A stretch of DNA of 64,000 nucleotides from Macrostomum lignano (lineage: Eukaryota), in NCBI GenBank assembly GCA_002269645.1, contig NIVC01001486.1, positions 266,747 through 330,746 of the forward strand, read 5' to 3'. Position 1 is the stretch's first letter. Each line of letters starts with the position of its first letter. Below, in pieces: positions 1 to 12,097 of this stretch. The notes below the pieces were generated by a model. The model searched no databases. It saw nothing but the letters and a program-made list of their open reading frames with translations, and was not told the DNA's origin. A program made the position numbers and the translations under genes.

Positions 1-212
1 TCAGGTGAGTAGCTGCAGTCAGGTGAGTAGCTGCAGTCAGGTGAGTAGCTGCAGTCAGGTGAGTAGCTTCAGTCAGGTGAGTAGCTGCAGTCAGGTGAGT
101 AGCTGCAGTCAGGTGAGTAGCTGCAGTCAGGTGAGTAGCTGCAGTCAGGTGAGTAGCTGCAGTCAGGTGAGTAGCTGCAGTCAGGTGAGTAGCTTCAGTC
201 AGGTGAATAGCT
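1..212. repeat. 18-bp tandem minisatellite (TCAGGTGAGTAGCTGCAG)n, about 11-12 copies, cut by the window start
   Basis: Unit read directly, with occasional CTTCAG variants. It explains the SSCSQV-repeat ORF. Confidence 0.95.
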
Positions 213-1039
213 TCGCTTCGTGGTGCGTTCTATGCAATATCTCGAGCAGCGTAGAGCTGACTGCTGAATGACGTGGCGCATCTGCCTTTGTTTTACGGAG
301 TGATCTACAGCGCATTGCCGTGACCGTGGCGCCCATGTGACTGCAAGACATGGAGAAAATTTGTCAATTTCTACTTCCGACCAGAAAACTTTCTCGGGGC
401 TATCTAAACCCAACTCTTTCTCTGATTAGTGCTATTCCTGTAGCTTTGAGACAATTCAAGAAGGAAGTCTCTGTCTCTTTGTTTCAGCGCTTCTTTTGTG
501 TTTTTCAACTCGCTTTCTTTGCATGCCCCGGGCATGAGAAAACTTTCTCTCGGGAAGTCAAAAAAACTCGTTTGTATCGGCTTCTAACATGAAGGCTGTT
601 GGTTTGGTTGAGGCAAAAACGCTTCTCCTTGCGGGATGTTTAAAACAAAAGAAACTTCCTCCTGCTCTCTCTCACCTTTAGATAGAGATTGACTGGGGTT
701 TTAGCTTCTCTATCAGCATGACTCTTCCATTCTCCACCGAGTTGGGAGGCGAAAATGAAGCACATAGGCTTTTTGAAGCTGCTATGCGGTTTTAATAAAT
801 TGCATGGTTCTTGTTTTGTTGTTTAATTTATTTGTTATATATGGCAATTTAGTTTAAACAGCAATCTAGTGCCCCCAATCTAGTGCTCCTAAGCAAGGAG
901 CAAATTTTTTCATAAACCACCTTATTCGAGTAAAATTGTCACGGACAAAGATGTTTGCTATGAATCTCTTTTTTCTAAAAGTAACAAAAAGACAATAAAA
1001 TAAAGCCTTCAAAAAGAATACAGGGATTCCCCCCAAATA

Positions 1040-1312
1040 GAAAACATCCCCAAGACAAGATAGCAAGCATCCCCCAGATAGCAAGCATCCCCCAGACAGC
1101 AAGCATCCCCCAGACAGCAAGCATCCCCCAGACAGCAAGCATCCCCCAGATAGCAAGCATCCCCCAGACAGCAAGCATCCCCCAGACAGCAAGCATCCCC
1201 CAGACAGCAAGCATTCCCCAGATAGCAAGCATCCCCCAGATAGCAAGCATCCCCCAGATAGCAAGCACCCCCCATATAGCAAGCACCCCCCAGATAGCAA
1301 GCATGCACCACA
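1040..1312. repeat. 18-bp tandem minisatellite (GAYAGCAAGCATCCCCCA)n
   Basis: About 14-15 consecutive units. It explains three overlapping repetitive minus-strand ORFs. Confidence 0.95.
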
Positions 1313-1319
1313 GACAGCA

Positions 1320-2066
1320 AGTAGCTAGTGCAACTATTTCCTCGGCTAATGCAATAATTGCTTTCTCAGGTAGTGCAATAATCCATGTCTCAGCTAGTGC
1401 AACAGTTCTTTTTCAGCCAGTGGACTAATTCCTTTCTCATCTAGTGCAATTATTCTTTACTCATCAAGTGCAATAATCCTTTACTTATCAAGTGCAATAA
1501 CCCATGCCTCAGCTAGTGCAATAATCGATGTCTCATCAAGTGCAATAATCGATGTCTCATCAAGTGCAATAATTATAGTCTAGCAATTTTACGATCCTTA
1601 TTCACATTTTATGCAGAACAATATGCATGCATTGTTTTTAGGATCGTCAAGCAGCATAACAATGCAAAGAATCAGCGGTCGCAGCACGTGACAACGATTT
1701 GTCTATGGCTCTCGCCTACCGGCGCTCGCAAGACAATCGTTGTCACGCACTGGGACGGCTGATTAAGTAACTGAGTGCAAATAAATGGCAACTGATGGAT
1801 ATATCAAAAAGTCCCATTTATACAAGTGCCTATGGCAAAAATGCTTTCGCGTTCTTTCCTTCTTTTGTGCTTCGGCATTTATTGCCTTTGCACTGGTATG
1901 AACGGGGAATATATAACATTTATCCATTGTCTCATCAAATGCAATAATCCTTTACTCACCAAGTGCAATAATCGATGTCTTAGCAAGCGCAATAATCCTT
2001 TACTCATCAAGTGCAATAATTCATGTCTCAGTTAGTGCAATAATCCTTTACTCACCAAGTGCAATA
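1320..2066. repeat. Degenerate ~24-bp repeats built on AGTGCAATAAT, in two blocks (about 1320-1575 and 1925-2066)
   Basis: Recurrent TCAAGTGCAATAATC(C/G) motif with variable spacers. Confidence 0.8.
1670..1764. repeat. Imperfect inverted repeat / hairpin
   Basis: AATCAGCGGTCGCAGCACGTGACAACGATTTGTCT is near reverse-complementary to AGACAATCGTTGTCACGCACTGGGACGGCTGATT, with a ~25-nt loop. Confidence 0.75.
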
Positions 2067-2411
2067 TAATACTTTCTATGGTCAAGTCTGTTTCGGATAC
2101 GCTGATAAATAGAGTTGAGCCATAGATAAAATTCCATGATAAGACAAGACGTGTTCACTTTAATCTTAGGAGGGACGATACAGAGTTTTGTTAACACTCT
2201 GATCTGCTTACTAATTCTAGAGAATGCTGAACTTAAGCAATCTGCCTGACCAAATGGTCTCCGGCCTATCAACAGACCATCGCTAATGAGCGTTGCGCGG
2301 AGGAACATCGAGCTACGAAGGCTACGCCAATCATCGTGGTAAACTTCAATGGAACGTTTCAAAACTGCACGTTTAATGTATCTGGTATATATCTGAGTAG
2401 GTCTGGGTATA

Positions 2412-2575
2412 GGGGCGCCAGCACCGGGGGCGCCAGCACCGGGGGCGCCAGCACCGGGGGCGCCAGCACCGGGGGCGCCAGCACCGGGGGCGCCAGCACC
2501 GGGGGCGCCAGCACCGGGGGCGCCAGCACCGGGGGCGCCAGCACCGGGGACGCCAGCACCGGGGGCGCCAGCACT
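2412..2575. repeat. 15-bp GC-rich tandem repeat (GGGGGCGCCAGCACC)n, about 11 copies
   Basis: Read directly. It explains the GAPGA and GGAST ORFs. Confidence 0.95.
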
Positions 2576-3429
2576 AGAAACGCCTGCACTAGCATTCATA
2601 TTTTCATCCAATCAGACGGGTTCTGCATACGGGGCAATTATGTAAAAAAACGAGAAACTTTGTTTCTTAGAAAAAATGGGGCTGATTTTGGGCAAAAGTT
2701 CATGACCCTGGAGGATCAGCACCCTCCATGACCCTGGCAGGATCAGCACCCTCAATAGGGTACGGTGACAGGAAAATTTCATTTTTCAGCGCAAAAGTAG
2801 CGTCAGTTTTAATTGAAAGCAGATCAAATGCTCCCTCATCTTGGTAGCATAACTTGCATGTTTTATTGCTGCATTGATTCTTGTAAAGTTTTGTTTGTGA
2901 AAACAAGAGAATTGCTATATTTTTTATTTACTTACTTACTGTGAGAACATGACTTGAGCTCAAACTTTAGTCTCACGTGCTGCCACCGGGGATCAAAAGG
3001 CCTTCAGTGCGGTCAGTTATACCTTGCTATCACCAAAAAGAATGTTTGAATTCAACACTACAAGAAATGTAAACCAAATTATTACACAAGGAGAAACGCG
3101 TTAATATTGTACCATGTAAAGTGACATGCCTGACTTTCTAACCACAAGGCATGTACACTTTCTGTGCCTTGAGGTTAAGGGTTGGATGGGGAATCAAAAC
3201 TGGAGGTGACGGCAGCGTAGATTCGAAAATAAAAAAAATCCGGCTTGCAGACATCATGGCAGTGTGAGTAGGCCTAGAACTATTGCCAATTTTAATCGGT
3301 CAAAATATTTTATGTATTATTCCAGTAGATCAGATCACCGAATACGTTTCTGCTGAAATGCGTTTTACTAACTGCAAATTCCTTTCGTAAATAGGGTTCA
3401 TCAGCACTGTGTTTTTTTTATATATTTGA

Positions 3430-3671
3430 GCGAAGCCACCAAGTGAGCACACACTGCTGCAGAGCTCGTGCGACATGTCTGTGTTGCTCACACACCTGCT
3501 GCTAACGATTTCGAATTCGCCTATCCTTGCGACACCGCTTAGCCCGTTCAAGTCTCTAACTCAACCAGTGAAGTCCACGTAGCAGCCAACGTAGGAGAAG
3601 CGGACGACCCTGCGTGCCTCGCAGGTCAGGAGGGTGCAGACGAGAACTGGCAGTTTCGGCAGCCAAAGCAT
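3430..3671 (-). pseudogene. WSC-PAN family copy A: signal peptide and first half of WSC exon only, with an in-frame stop
   Basis: ATG at 3671 gives MLWLPKLPVLVCTLLTCEARRVVRFSYVGCYVDFTG* (TGA at 3561-3563). Homology to copies D/F continues to MSHELCSSVCSLGGFA and then stops. Confidence 0.85.
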
Positions 3672-6600
3672 GCTTTGAGCTGCTCAACTGCAAGCTACTC
3701 GGCTGGAGCGCGCGAGTTTGAGCATTTAAAGTTGAGCAGCTGTACGCTCATCACGGACTACTTCATTGTCGTTTATTTAAGTAGTCTGTGACGCTCGTAC
3801 AGCCGCAAGGAATTGTTCTGCTGTCCAATGGCGTCGCAGCTTCCATTTAATCTGGCTAAGATTAGTCTTCTAAAGTTTCCGCAAACAATCAGGACAGTAA
3901 AAATTTTTAATTTTGCAAATATTCTTTATTTTAGATAGTGCGATTGATTCTCACGTAGTTGGACCTCTTTCGCCGCCCGCTTATTGCAAAGTATTCAAGA
4001 TAAAACGGCAGTTCTCTGTCGCTCTAGCTACATCCCGACATCCCGAGTATGATTTGAAAGTTTATTATTCTACTTTTAGTAAAATAAAATGCAACAAAAA
4101 GTAACACATTAAAGCTCACAATTTACCTTCCGCGGCTTCAATAATACTCCAGTATCTTGCCTTACTCTGCTGCGCACTGATCATTGAGTGTTGAAGTGGC
4201 AGCTTTTGAGTCTCTCCAAAACATGGACCTTTTGTCCTTCATCCGACTGGGCAGCTTGTTGGCACAAATATCCCAGCCGAGCGTCTGCCTTCTGTACTTT
4301 ATCTCATTTTGGTTGGCTCATAATTGTCATCTCAACCCCGGTTTTGAATCTCTGAATCCGTGGGCCAAGCGGTGCGATAGAGCATACAGGGTGCAGTTCT
4401 GAGTCATGTGGGTCCTTGCTGGCCTTCTCCTGGTTGCGAGTGCTCAAAAATCCCGCAATCTCATGCGCCAGGACGCACCCACACAGAATTAATACGCGAC
4501 TGGACTCACTGGTGCAGCTGTCCTCAGCGGGGCGCCGTTCAAGCTATCGTCCTACCGACTCAACTTCGTACGCGAGTACCGTTGGTTTCGGGTAGCCGAT
4601 CGCCGATAAAAATGGAAGCTGAGCACCTGCATCGCTTAGTATGACATGCGTGGGACACTGCAAGAATACTCAAGTTCGGTGGAGGAGCGTTGAATGAGAC
4701 TCAATTCAAAACAATGGCATGTTTTGATAATGTCAACGACTGATCGTAATTTGCATGCACGCATGTGGGTAATAAGGCTTCCAACTAGCCACATTGCGAT
4801 GGACTGTCAATAAATCTTTCCCACCAATCCAACATCCCAAATAACTCTGAAGGATCATCGATCTCATTTGTATCTGTAATTTCACTGAAATAAACTGGAG
4901 TATAATTTTAAGTTTTGTGCTCTTAGCAACGCTCTTTCTTTTGCTTTAAATTTATGGGGTTGTAATGGTTTTGAAAGTTTGCAGCCGTTAAAAAGCAGAT
5001 TCTTTCTAAAATTCTTCTTTATTTCTCTCGATTCTTCTTTCTATTTGCTAAAGTCGGCACATTTGCGTTAAAGTCTAAATTTGTAATTCAAGAATGGTAT
5101 CAACTAACTGTTTAAGTTCAATCAACCAGTTGTGCTATTGTTCAAGCTGGATAAGATGGTGGATTTTTAGTCAGTGTGCATACCATCAGCAGGTTTTCAC
5201 ACAGCCACTTTCTTATGAAACCAACTTGTCTAATTGCTGACACCAATATCAGGTTCATGTGTCCTCTAATTAGTTTGCAGTGGCCTCTGCAATGTGGCCT
5301 TTAGCTAAAAGATATCCATAGCTAAAAGTGCATTTTCATCTCTATCTAGCTGGAAGCGACACTGCTCGGGTTTTTCCCAGAATCCAACGGTAGCACCTGC
5401 CAGACATTAATCCTACATTGCACGCACAAAGGGGAGATCTGTTAACTGTCAGGCAGACATTGTACTATTTGAATTCCAAGTGCTCATTAAATTTTGGCTG
5501 AGAGGCAGAGCCAGCATCAATCATTTTCAACTGCATCAAAATCGTCCTACTAAGTCCTATAGTTAAAGCTCTGTCTGAATTTACTCTTTTGTGCTTCTCA
5601 CAGAAGCAGTTATTTGCCATTACGAGCTAAATAGATTTTTTTGAGAAACTTCGCACCTGCATTTCCGATTCTCAGGGAATTCTTACGCTGAGAAGATTTG
5701 ACGGGCCATACAGCTTCCAATGCTTCCTCATTCAAGCTTGTAAACCGTAAATCTTTCCCATCCGCAATAAAATGCGTGAAATGTTGGCACAGCTGTTCTG
5801 AATCTGTTGAAACTCGCTTTTTAACTGACTGCAGAACAAATGGCAGCTCTCGCTTCTCTGCAAGATCATCGTATATTGTAGTGATTACCGGGCCGCGCAC
5901 TGAGTGGCGGACTTGACTTGACTGTTTTCAGGTGACCTAGCAACAAAATATCCCATGTCTCAAATTGTTAAAGACCATAAACGACTAAATTTATGGGGTG
6001 ATGAATGTCTGCGTTTTTTCTATCCTCAAAAGCACGAGTAGGAGTAATTGGAATCTTTAGGTATCATAAAATACGAAAGTGAAGAATAACAACATCAAAA
6101 CTTTTGAAATTCGTGCATTCGAGCGTTGGAAACTCGGAGCAATAGTACTAGTAATTTACTTGTAGAAATTTAAATACACTGTATTTTGTAAAAAGTTTTT
6201 TCCTTAAGCCTTACAAGTCCTCATGGTTCACCCTATAGCTAGCACTACATGCAGCTCCAGAAGCCACAGAAGTACGCGTACGAGCATCTGCAATTTTACA
6301 GACGATGTCACAAAAAACCAATCCTGTGTGTGCTTTCTGACTTGTCAGGGGGGGGGGGGTTGTCACTGACTATTGGCTGGCTGACTATTAAAGGCACGTT
6401 CACACTGCCATCAAAAAACGACCAAATTTCTTGTGATTACAGAACTTGTACATCAAATTTGATTCCTTTTGTACATTGGTCGTGTGATTTGGTGGCTCGT
6501 TTGATGGCAGTGCGAATGAGCCTTAAGCTTTAACTCACTCTGTGCCCTGCTTAACGTGCCAAGCGTGCACTCCACTCATGCGTAAATCAATGCGTACATA

Positions 6601-6789
6601 ATGTACTTTTACACCAACTTTTATCAATAACTAAAATATAGTTTTATACCACTTCGTATTTAAATAATTGCATCTAATTTTCTTCGGTGTGTTTTACTTA
6701 CTCAGCAAATATAACAGTCCGCTGTATTGCTATCGCTCCAACTGAAACAAGTCTTACCGGCGTCGCGTCACTTTCCTTGACAATGGCGC

Positions 6790-7165
6790 TCACCAAGAGA
6801 CAGGGGCACCCACCAAGAGACAGGGGCGCCCAACAAGAGGCAGGGGGCACCCACCAAGAGACAGGGACGCCCAACAAGAGGCAGGGGACACCCACCAAGA
6901 GACAGGGGCGCCCAACAAGAGGCAGGGGACACCCACCAAGAGACAGGGGCGCCCAACAAGAGGCAGGGGGCACCCACCAAGAGACAGAGGCGCCCACCAA
7001 GAGACAGGGGCACCCACCAAGAGACAGGGGCGCCCAACAAGAGGCAGGGGGCACCCACCAAGAGACAGGGGCGCCCAACAAGAGGCAGGGGGCACCCACC
7101 AAGAGACAGGGGCGCCCAACAAGAGGCAGGGGGCACCTATGAAGAGACAGGGATGCCCAGCAAGG
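6790..7165. repeat. ~20/40-bp G-rich tandem repeat (CACCAAGAGACAGGGGCGCCCAACAAGAGGCAGGGGGCAC-like)
   Basis: Alternating CCAAGAGACAGGGG and CAAGAGGCAGGGGG subunits read directly. Confidence 0.9.
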
Positions 7166-7326
7166 GCCCTATTCTTTGCGCCCCTGAGAGTTGCGGACCC
7201 TCAAATTAAAATTATTGCGTACGCCACTGTGTCCGGTATACTGACATAGGTTTCGTAGACACATCGACTTTTGTTCAATCGTTTTGAATACAAGTTTTCT
7301 GTAAAAAGCTATAGTGAGCAACTCAC

Positions 7327-7741
7327 TGGGCTTCAAGTAGTTCAAAGCGAACACCGAGTTTCGATAAGGAGCTCCACAATTTTGCAGCGCGTTGCCAGTG
7401 CACGGACTGTTGCAGTCGCTCGGGTCTCCAGAGCCCTGCGACCCGAAGAAGTTGCCGCAGAAGCACTGGTCGCCATCCTGCACGCCGAAGTACAGAAACT
7501 TTCCCAGTGAGCAGGCGCGGCTGCACAGCTCGAGTGACATGCTGCTGCTGCTGTGTATTAAACAGCTTGCTGGATCCATGGAAAATGGACCCAGCCGGAT
7601 GAATCCTGCAACTCCTGTCATGTCTCTGGCATTATCCGTGTAGTCCGCGTAGTAGCCCTCGTAGGTGCAACTGACCACCCTGCAGGTCGCGCAGGTCAGC
7701 AGAACGTGAAGAAAAATTTATACTTTCAAAGCGAATGACAT
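7327..7741 (-). pseudogene. WSC-PAN family copy B: signal + WSC exon with an early stop; no PAN exon found
   Basis: ATG at 7741 gives MSFALKV*IFLHVLLTCATCR. The WSC cysteine pattern follows (LELCSRACSLGKFLYFGVQDGDQCFCGN...CNSPCTGN...CGA). Family donor A|GTGAGT at 7327/7326. The conserved GCY is changed to GYY. Confidence 0.85.
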
Positions 7742-8123
7742 GTTGCTTGAATTGAAAGGTTTTGTTTTTTTCGCTTCTAAAATTCAGTTTACACTAGGTA
7801 AGTAGACTGGAACCATGTCGTTTTATTTGTGTTGAATGGACTCTGTAACAGCCAATGAGATTGTTCATGATTCATTCATATGCTTGCCACTGAAATATTC
7901 TCACGACCAACACATTCTCAAACACGGCCAATTCTGCAATATGAGGAACTTTCTGCTAATCCTTAAATTTTACGGTCTAGGTGACAGTTAACAGTTAAAT
8001 TTAATTTTTTGCCTTGATAGGATGTTACTTGGCAGACCCCTCGTTTAGAACCAAGCAGCTGGTCCACACCAGCATCACTTTGATCAGTCATAAAATCACA
8101 TGATTGGTGTGCGAAGGAATGCA

Positions 8124-8800
8124 ATCTCTACCTATAAAAATCAAAACTCTGTCTGTCTGTCTGTCTGTGGACAAATTACTTCGCTATGGACTCCCAAACC
8201 GCTCAACCAAATGACACCAAACTTTACACCCACCCTAAACTTACTACGGAGAATGTCTTAGGCTACCTTTAAATTTCCTAGACTCAAGTCTTCCTACCTA
8301 AAAGTACAAAAAACTGCTCAAAATGCGCGATTTTTTCACTTAATCCTCCATAGCGCCGCTCCACTTCTACCGATTCTCTTCAAATTTGACACAGATAATC
8401 TTTAACTATTTTGGCACAATCATGTAAAATTTCGAGTCTCAAAGTTAATCCTGAGCGGTGCTGTGCACTTTTAAAGTTAGGCTGTTTTTTTCAGCGTAGC
8501 AACCACCCCAACCTCCGCCCGCCTGCCTCTCTTTCCCGATACCGATCTGGGCCCAGATGTGTAAAAGGGTTTCAAAATTGACTAACTTTCAGCTGCCATA
8601 AGTTTGCTCCACGTAAAGCGATTGACTTCAAACTTGACACAATTCTTCATTGACTCATTCTCTATCTAAATGTAAAGTTTCAACTCTGTAACTCAACCGA
8701 AAAAGAAACTGTAAGCATGTGAAGTTTGTCTGCTTTTTCTGTTGTTTGTGCCACTCACTCACTCATTCCCCCAGAGCCAGACGAAGGGTCAGGCGATAGG
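8124..8800 (+). mobile_element. Possible non-autonomous Helitron/DINE-like repeat
   Basis: Begins TCTCTACCTATAAAAA, then (CTGT)n and AAACCGCTCAACCAAAT...AAACTT, a layout typical of Helitron-derived non-autonomous elements. The 3' end is not resolved. Confidence 0.35.
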
Positions 8801-9369
8801 GCTCAATGTACATAGCGAATGTACAGTGTTTTGGAATAACTTTTTAATAGCCTTCTCTGTACCCCCGCGAGTGGAGAGCCTACGTTTAGCCATAACAGTT
8901 TAGTGAGAAATTCTAACCACTGCCCTCCCCTCTGTATAGGCAAACTCTGCAGCAGTTTAACAGTGGATGGCAATTGGTAAATCGAGGCAATCCAGCATGG
9001 TTTGTAAAAGCGAAATATTTATGAAAAGGCGATGCGATGCAATGAAATACAACCCTACTAAATTAGGCACACCATGGAAATTTTAAGTTTCTCTTAAAGT
9101 TTCTCTTAAACTTTGAAATTTAAATGGCCTAAGAAATGCGTATTTCCTTGGTTGTTAGACTGATGCAGACTGCAGTGGAGCTGAAGATTCACAAATTCCT
9201 TTCAGGGCTGCAAATTGGCAAGAAAGATGACGTGATCAAAGCATGAGAATAACGATGAGAGTAGCACGTCCCACAAACTGGCTTTCGAAGCAGGGATCGG
9301 CAGACTTTTACTTCAAAAGCCAGATAAAGAATCCAGCTTATGTGCGGGCCAGATGAGAGTGGAAAGGAG

Positions 9370-10201
9370 AAGGAATAGACTATTAGAAGAGAGGAGAGGC
9401 GAGACGGGGATAAGAGAAAACATGGAAGATAAGAGGAGAGACAAGTGGTGAGGAGAGAGCAGAGAAGAAGGGAGGAAGAAGCGAGAGGAGGGGAGAAAGG
9501 AGGGAGAGGAAAGAGTAAAGGTGAGAAGAGGGGAGATATGAGACAGAGGATCGATGAGAGGAGAGTAGAGAAGAGTGAGAAGAGAGTAGAGATGAGAGAG
9601 CAGAAAGAAGATGACAGAGGTCAAGAGGAGAGGAGAGATTAGAGAGGAGAGAGTAGAAAGGATAGAAAAGAGAGGAGATAAGAGAGTGAGAGAAGGGGTG
9701 AGAAGAGAAGAGATAGAGATAAGATAGGGGTGTAAGAAGAGGGGAGAAAGGAGAGATGAGAGAGTAAAGGGAAGAGGAGGAAAGAGGAAAGAGATGAGAT
9801 TGTAGAGATGAGACAGATGAAAGGAGAGATGAGAGAGTAAAGATGAGAGATGAAAAAGGTGAGAGGAGAGTGCAGAGAGACGAGAGAAGATAATAGAGGA
9901 GAGAGAGTATAGAAGAGGGAAGAGAAAAGAAGAGAGGAGTAAGGAAAGAGAGGAGTCAGAAGAGGTGAAAGAGAAGAGTACAGAGGAGATAAGTGAGAGA
10001 ACGTATTAGAGAGTAAAGATGACAGATGAGAGAGCAGAGATGAGGGTGAACAGACGAGAGATGGGAGAGTAGAGAGAACAGAGGAGAGATAAGAGAGAAG
10101 AGATTACAGTGACTAGAGGAGAGAGGAGAGAGGGAGAGAGAAGAGGAAATAGGAGAATGAAGAGGGGAGAGAGTAGAGGAGAAGAGAGATGGGAGAGGAG
10201 A

Positions 10202-10267
<66 letters not shown>

Positions 10268-10925
10268 GAGCAGAGAGAAACGAGAAGAGATAAGAGAGAA
10301 AAGATAAAATAAGAGAAAGGAGAGATAAAAACGCAGACAAGAGAGAAGAGAGGTGAGGGAAGAGACGAGTGACGAGGGGAGAGAGAAGAGATAAAACAAG
10401 AAAAGAGATGAGAAGAAAGAGAGAGAGGAAAGAGGTGAGAGAAGAGACGAGAGAAGAGGGGAGAGAGGAGAGAGAGAGGAAAGAGGAGAGAGGAGAGAGT
10501 TAAGAGAAGAGAGAAAAAGAATAGAGAGGAGAAGGAATTGACGAGAGAAGAGGGGGAGAGAGGAGAGAGAGGAGAAGAGAGAAAACGAAAAAGTAGAGAG
10601 GAGAGAGGAGAGGAGAGAGAAAAGAAAAGGGAAGAGATGAGATAAGAGATATGAAAGAGAAGAGAGATGAGGGAAGATACGAAAGAAGATAGGAGAGAGG
10701 AGAGGAGAGAGAAAACGAAAGAGTAGAGAGGAGAGAGGAGAGGAGAGAGAAAACGAAAAGTAGAGAGGAGACAGGAGAGAGGAGAGAAGAGAGAAGAGAG
10801 AAGAGATAAGAGAGATGAAAGAGAAGAGAGATGAGGGAAGATATGAGAGAAGAGAGGAGAGAAGAGAGAGGAGAGAGGAAACAGAAGAAACGATAGAAAT
10901 TTTAAAGGATCCAAGGGACATAGGG
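9370..10925. repeat. ~1.55-kb purine-rich (AG) low-complexity tract with a (GA)n microsatellite at about 10205-10262
   Basis: Plus strand is almost entirely A/G. It explains the Leu/Ser-rich minus-strand ORFs. Confidence 0.95.
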
Positions 10926-11397
10926 AGAGTCAGGGAGAGGCCAGAGTTTGCCAATACATGTTTTAGAGTCAGACAGACATTGCCTGACATTCTGTGAAGT
11001 AACCCAGCCAACAATATCAATGTTTGCTTCAAATCCTAATTTTACACTAATGTGTTCATTTTATGTCTACCTCTATCCTACTAACTATTAACAAGTTTTT
11101 GTTTGTGTATGACCTTAGATTTCAGAATACATGCAAAAGTAGTTCCGGGGATTGGAATTCCCCGGGTTCAAAATCCGCGGGTTTCAACAGCTTGTAATAT
11201 GTACAAGCTGCTCAGCTGGTCAAGAAACAAGTCGTTCATTCGATCGCGGCGGTGTTGGTGAAAGAATCTTAAAAGCATTAGACCGTTAATTAGCCACAAG
11301 GAAAGGCACTTCCGATTTGAATTGCTCGATCAGAACTGCCTCAAAGTGCTTTCAAACGTTTTTACACTCAAAATTTGAGTATTCACTAAAATAAGTG

Positions 11398-11595
11398 TAG
11401 GTTCTGCATAGGTCTGGGTACTAGTTCTGCATAGGTCTGGGTATTGTTCTGCATAGGCCTGGATACTGGTTCTGCATAGGTCTGGGTATTGGTTCTGCAT
11501 AGGCCTGGGTACTGGTTCTGCATAGGTCTGGGTACTGGTTCTGCATAGGCCTGGGTACTGGTACTGGTTCTGCATAGGTCTGGGTATTGGTTCTA
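11398..11595. repeat. 23-bp minisatellite (GGTTCTGCATAGGTCTGGGTACT)n, about 8 copies, related to the 18.6-22.2 kb array
   Basis: Shares the GGTTCT(G/A)CATAGGTCTGG core with the large array. Confidence 0.9.
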
Positions 11596-11598
11596 CCA

Positions 11599-11723
11599 GG
11601 CGCCTGCTCTCTAGGCAGATTCTCGTACTTCAGCGTGCATGTCGGCAAGCAGTGCTTCTGCGGCAACTCGTTCAGATCTCAAGGCAACACCAGCGGCTGC
11701 AACCAGCCGTGCTCTGGCAACTC
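11599..11723 (+). pseudogene. Inverted WSC-domain fragment, on the opposite strand to the rest of the family
   Basis: Translates ACSLGRFSYFSVHVGKQCFCGNSFRSQGNTSGCNQPCSGNS, matching family exon 1. No start or signal peptide. Confidence 0.8.
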
Positions 11724-12097
11724 GATAGTCCTACATGCTAAAAATGATATTTTAAAAAACATTCAAACCAATAACCCACGTTGCAGATGCAGAGGAAAAG
11801 ATCGTGTTTCGCAAGTTGTATTGGGCTTGGCTTAGCTTCTTTTGTTTATATTCAGATCGGTTGTCCAACATTGAATTGGATTGGATTGCTCAGGCTTGAG
11901 TGTTTTTATGAGCTACATTTTAATCAACCGCACTAACTATCACGAGACTTAGGCAATGTAACAGGACTAGTAACTGCAGGGATAGCTACTCGTATTTTTT
12001 ATGTTTCCAAAGTAAAAATCTCAAGTTATTTATCGTTCATTGTTCTTCTTCTCCATGCCGACACCGTCTTGTCGCAAGAGTCAAGCCCGTTTCGCGC

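Noticed and set aside
195-413. ORF with a C...H motif as a MULE-type transposase fragment
   Set aside because: The similarity is limited to a few residues, with no DDE context or TIRs.
4160-5900. Duplicated block (also 13370-14720) as a protein-coding gene
   Set aside because: Some frames look protein-like (CGICEHW, CYRWILGK), but both copies are full of stops and I could not assign a family.
6345-6380. G run followed by TGTCAC as a PPT plus LTR start
   Set aside because: No matching LTR end or second LTR was found nearby.
866-7142. Repetitive ORFs (LSGGCL, GAPGA, KRQG repeats) as structural proteins
   Set aside because: Each coincides with a short tandem repeat open in several frames on both strands, with no signal peptide or splice support.
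9313-11032. Long Leu/Ser/Phe-rich ORFs as membrane proteins
   Set aside because: They result from the pyrimidine strand of the AG tract lacking stop codons.
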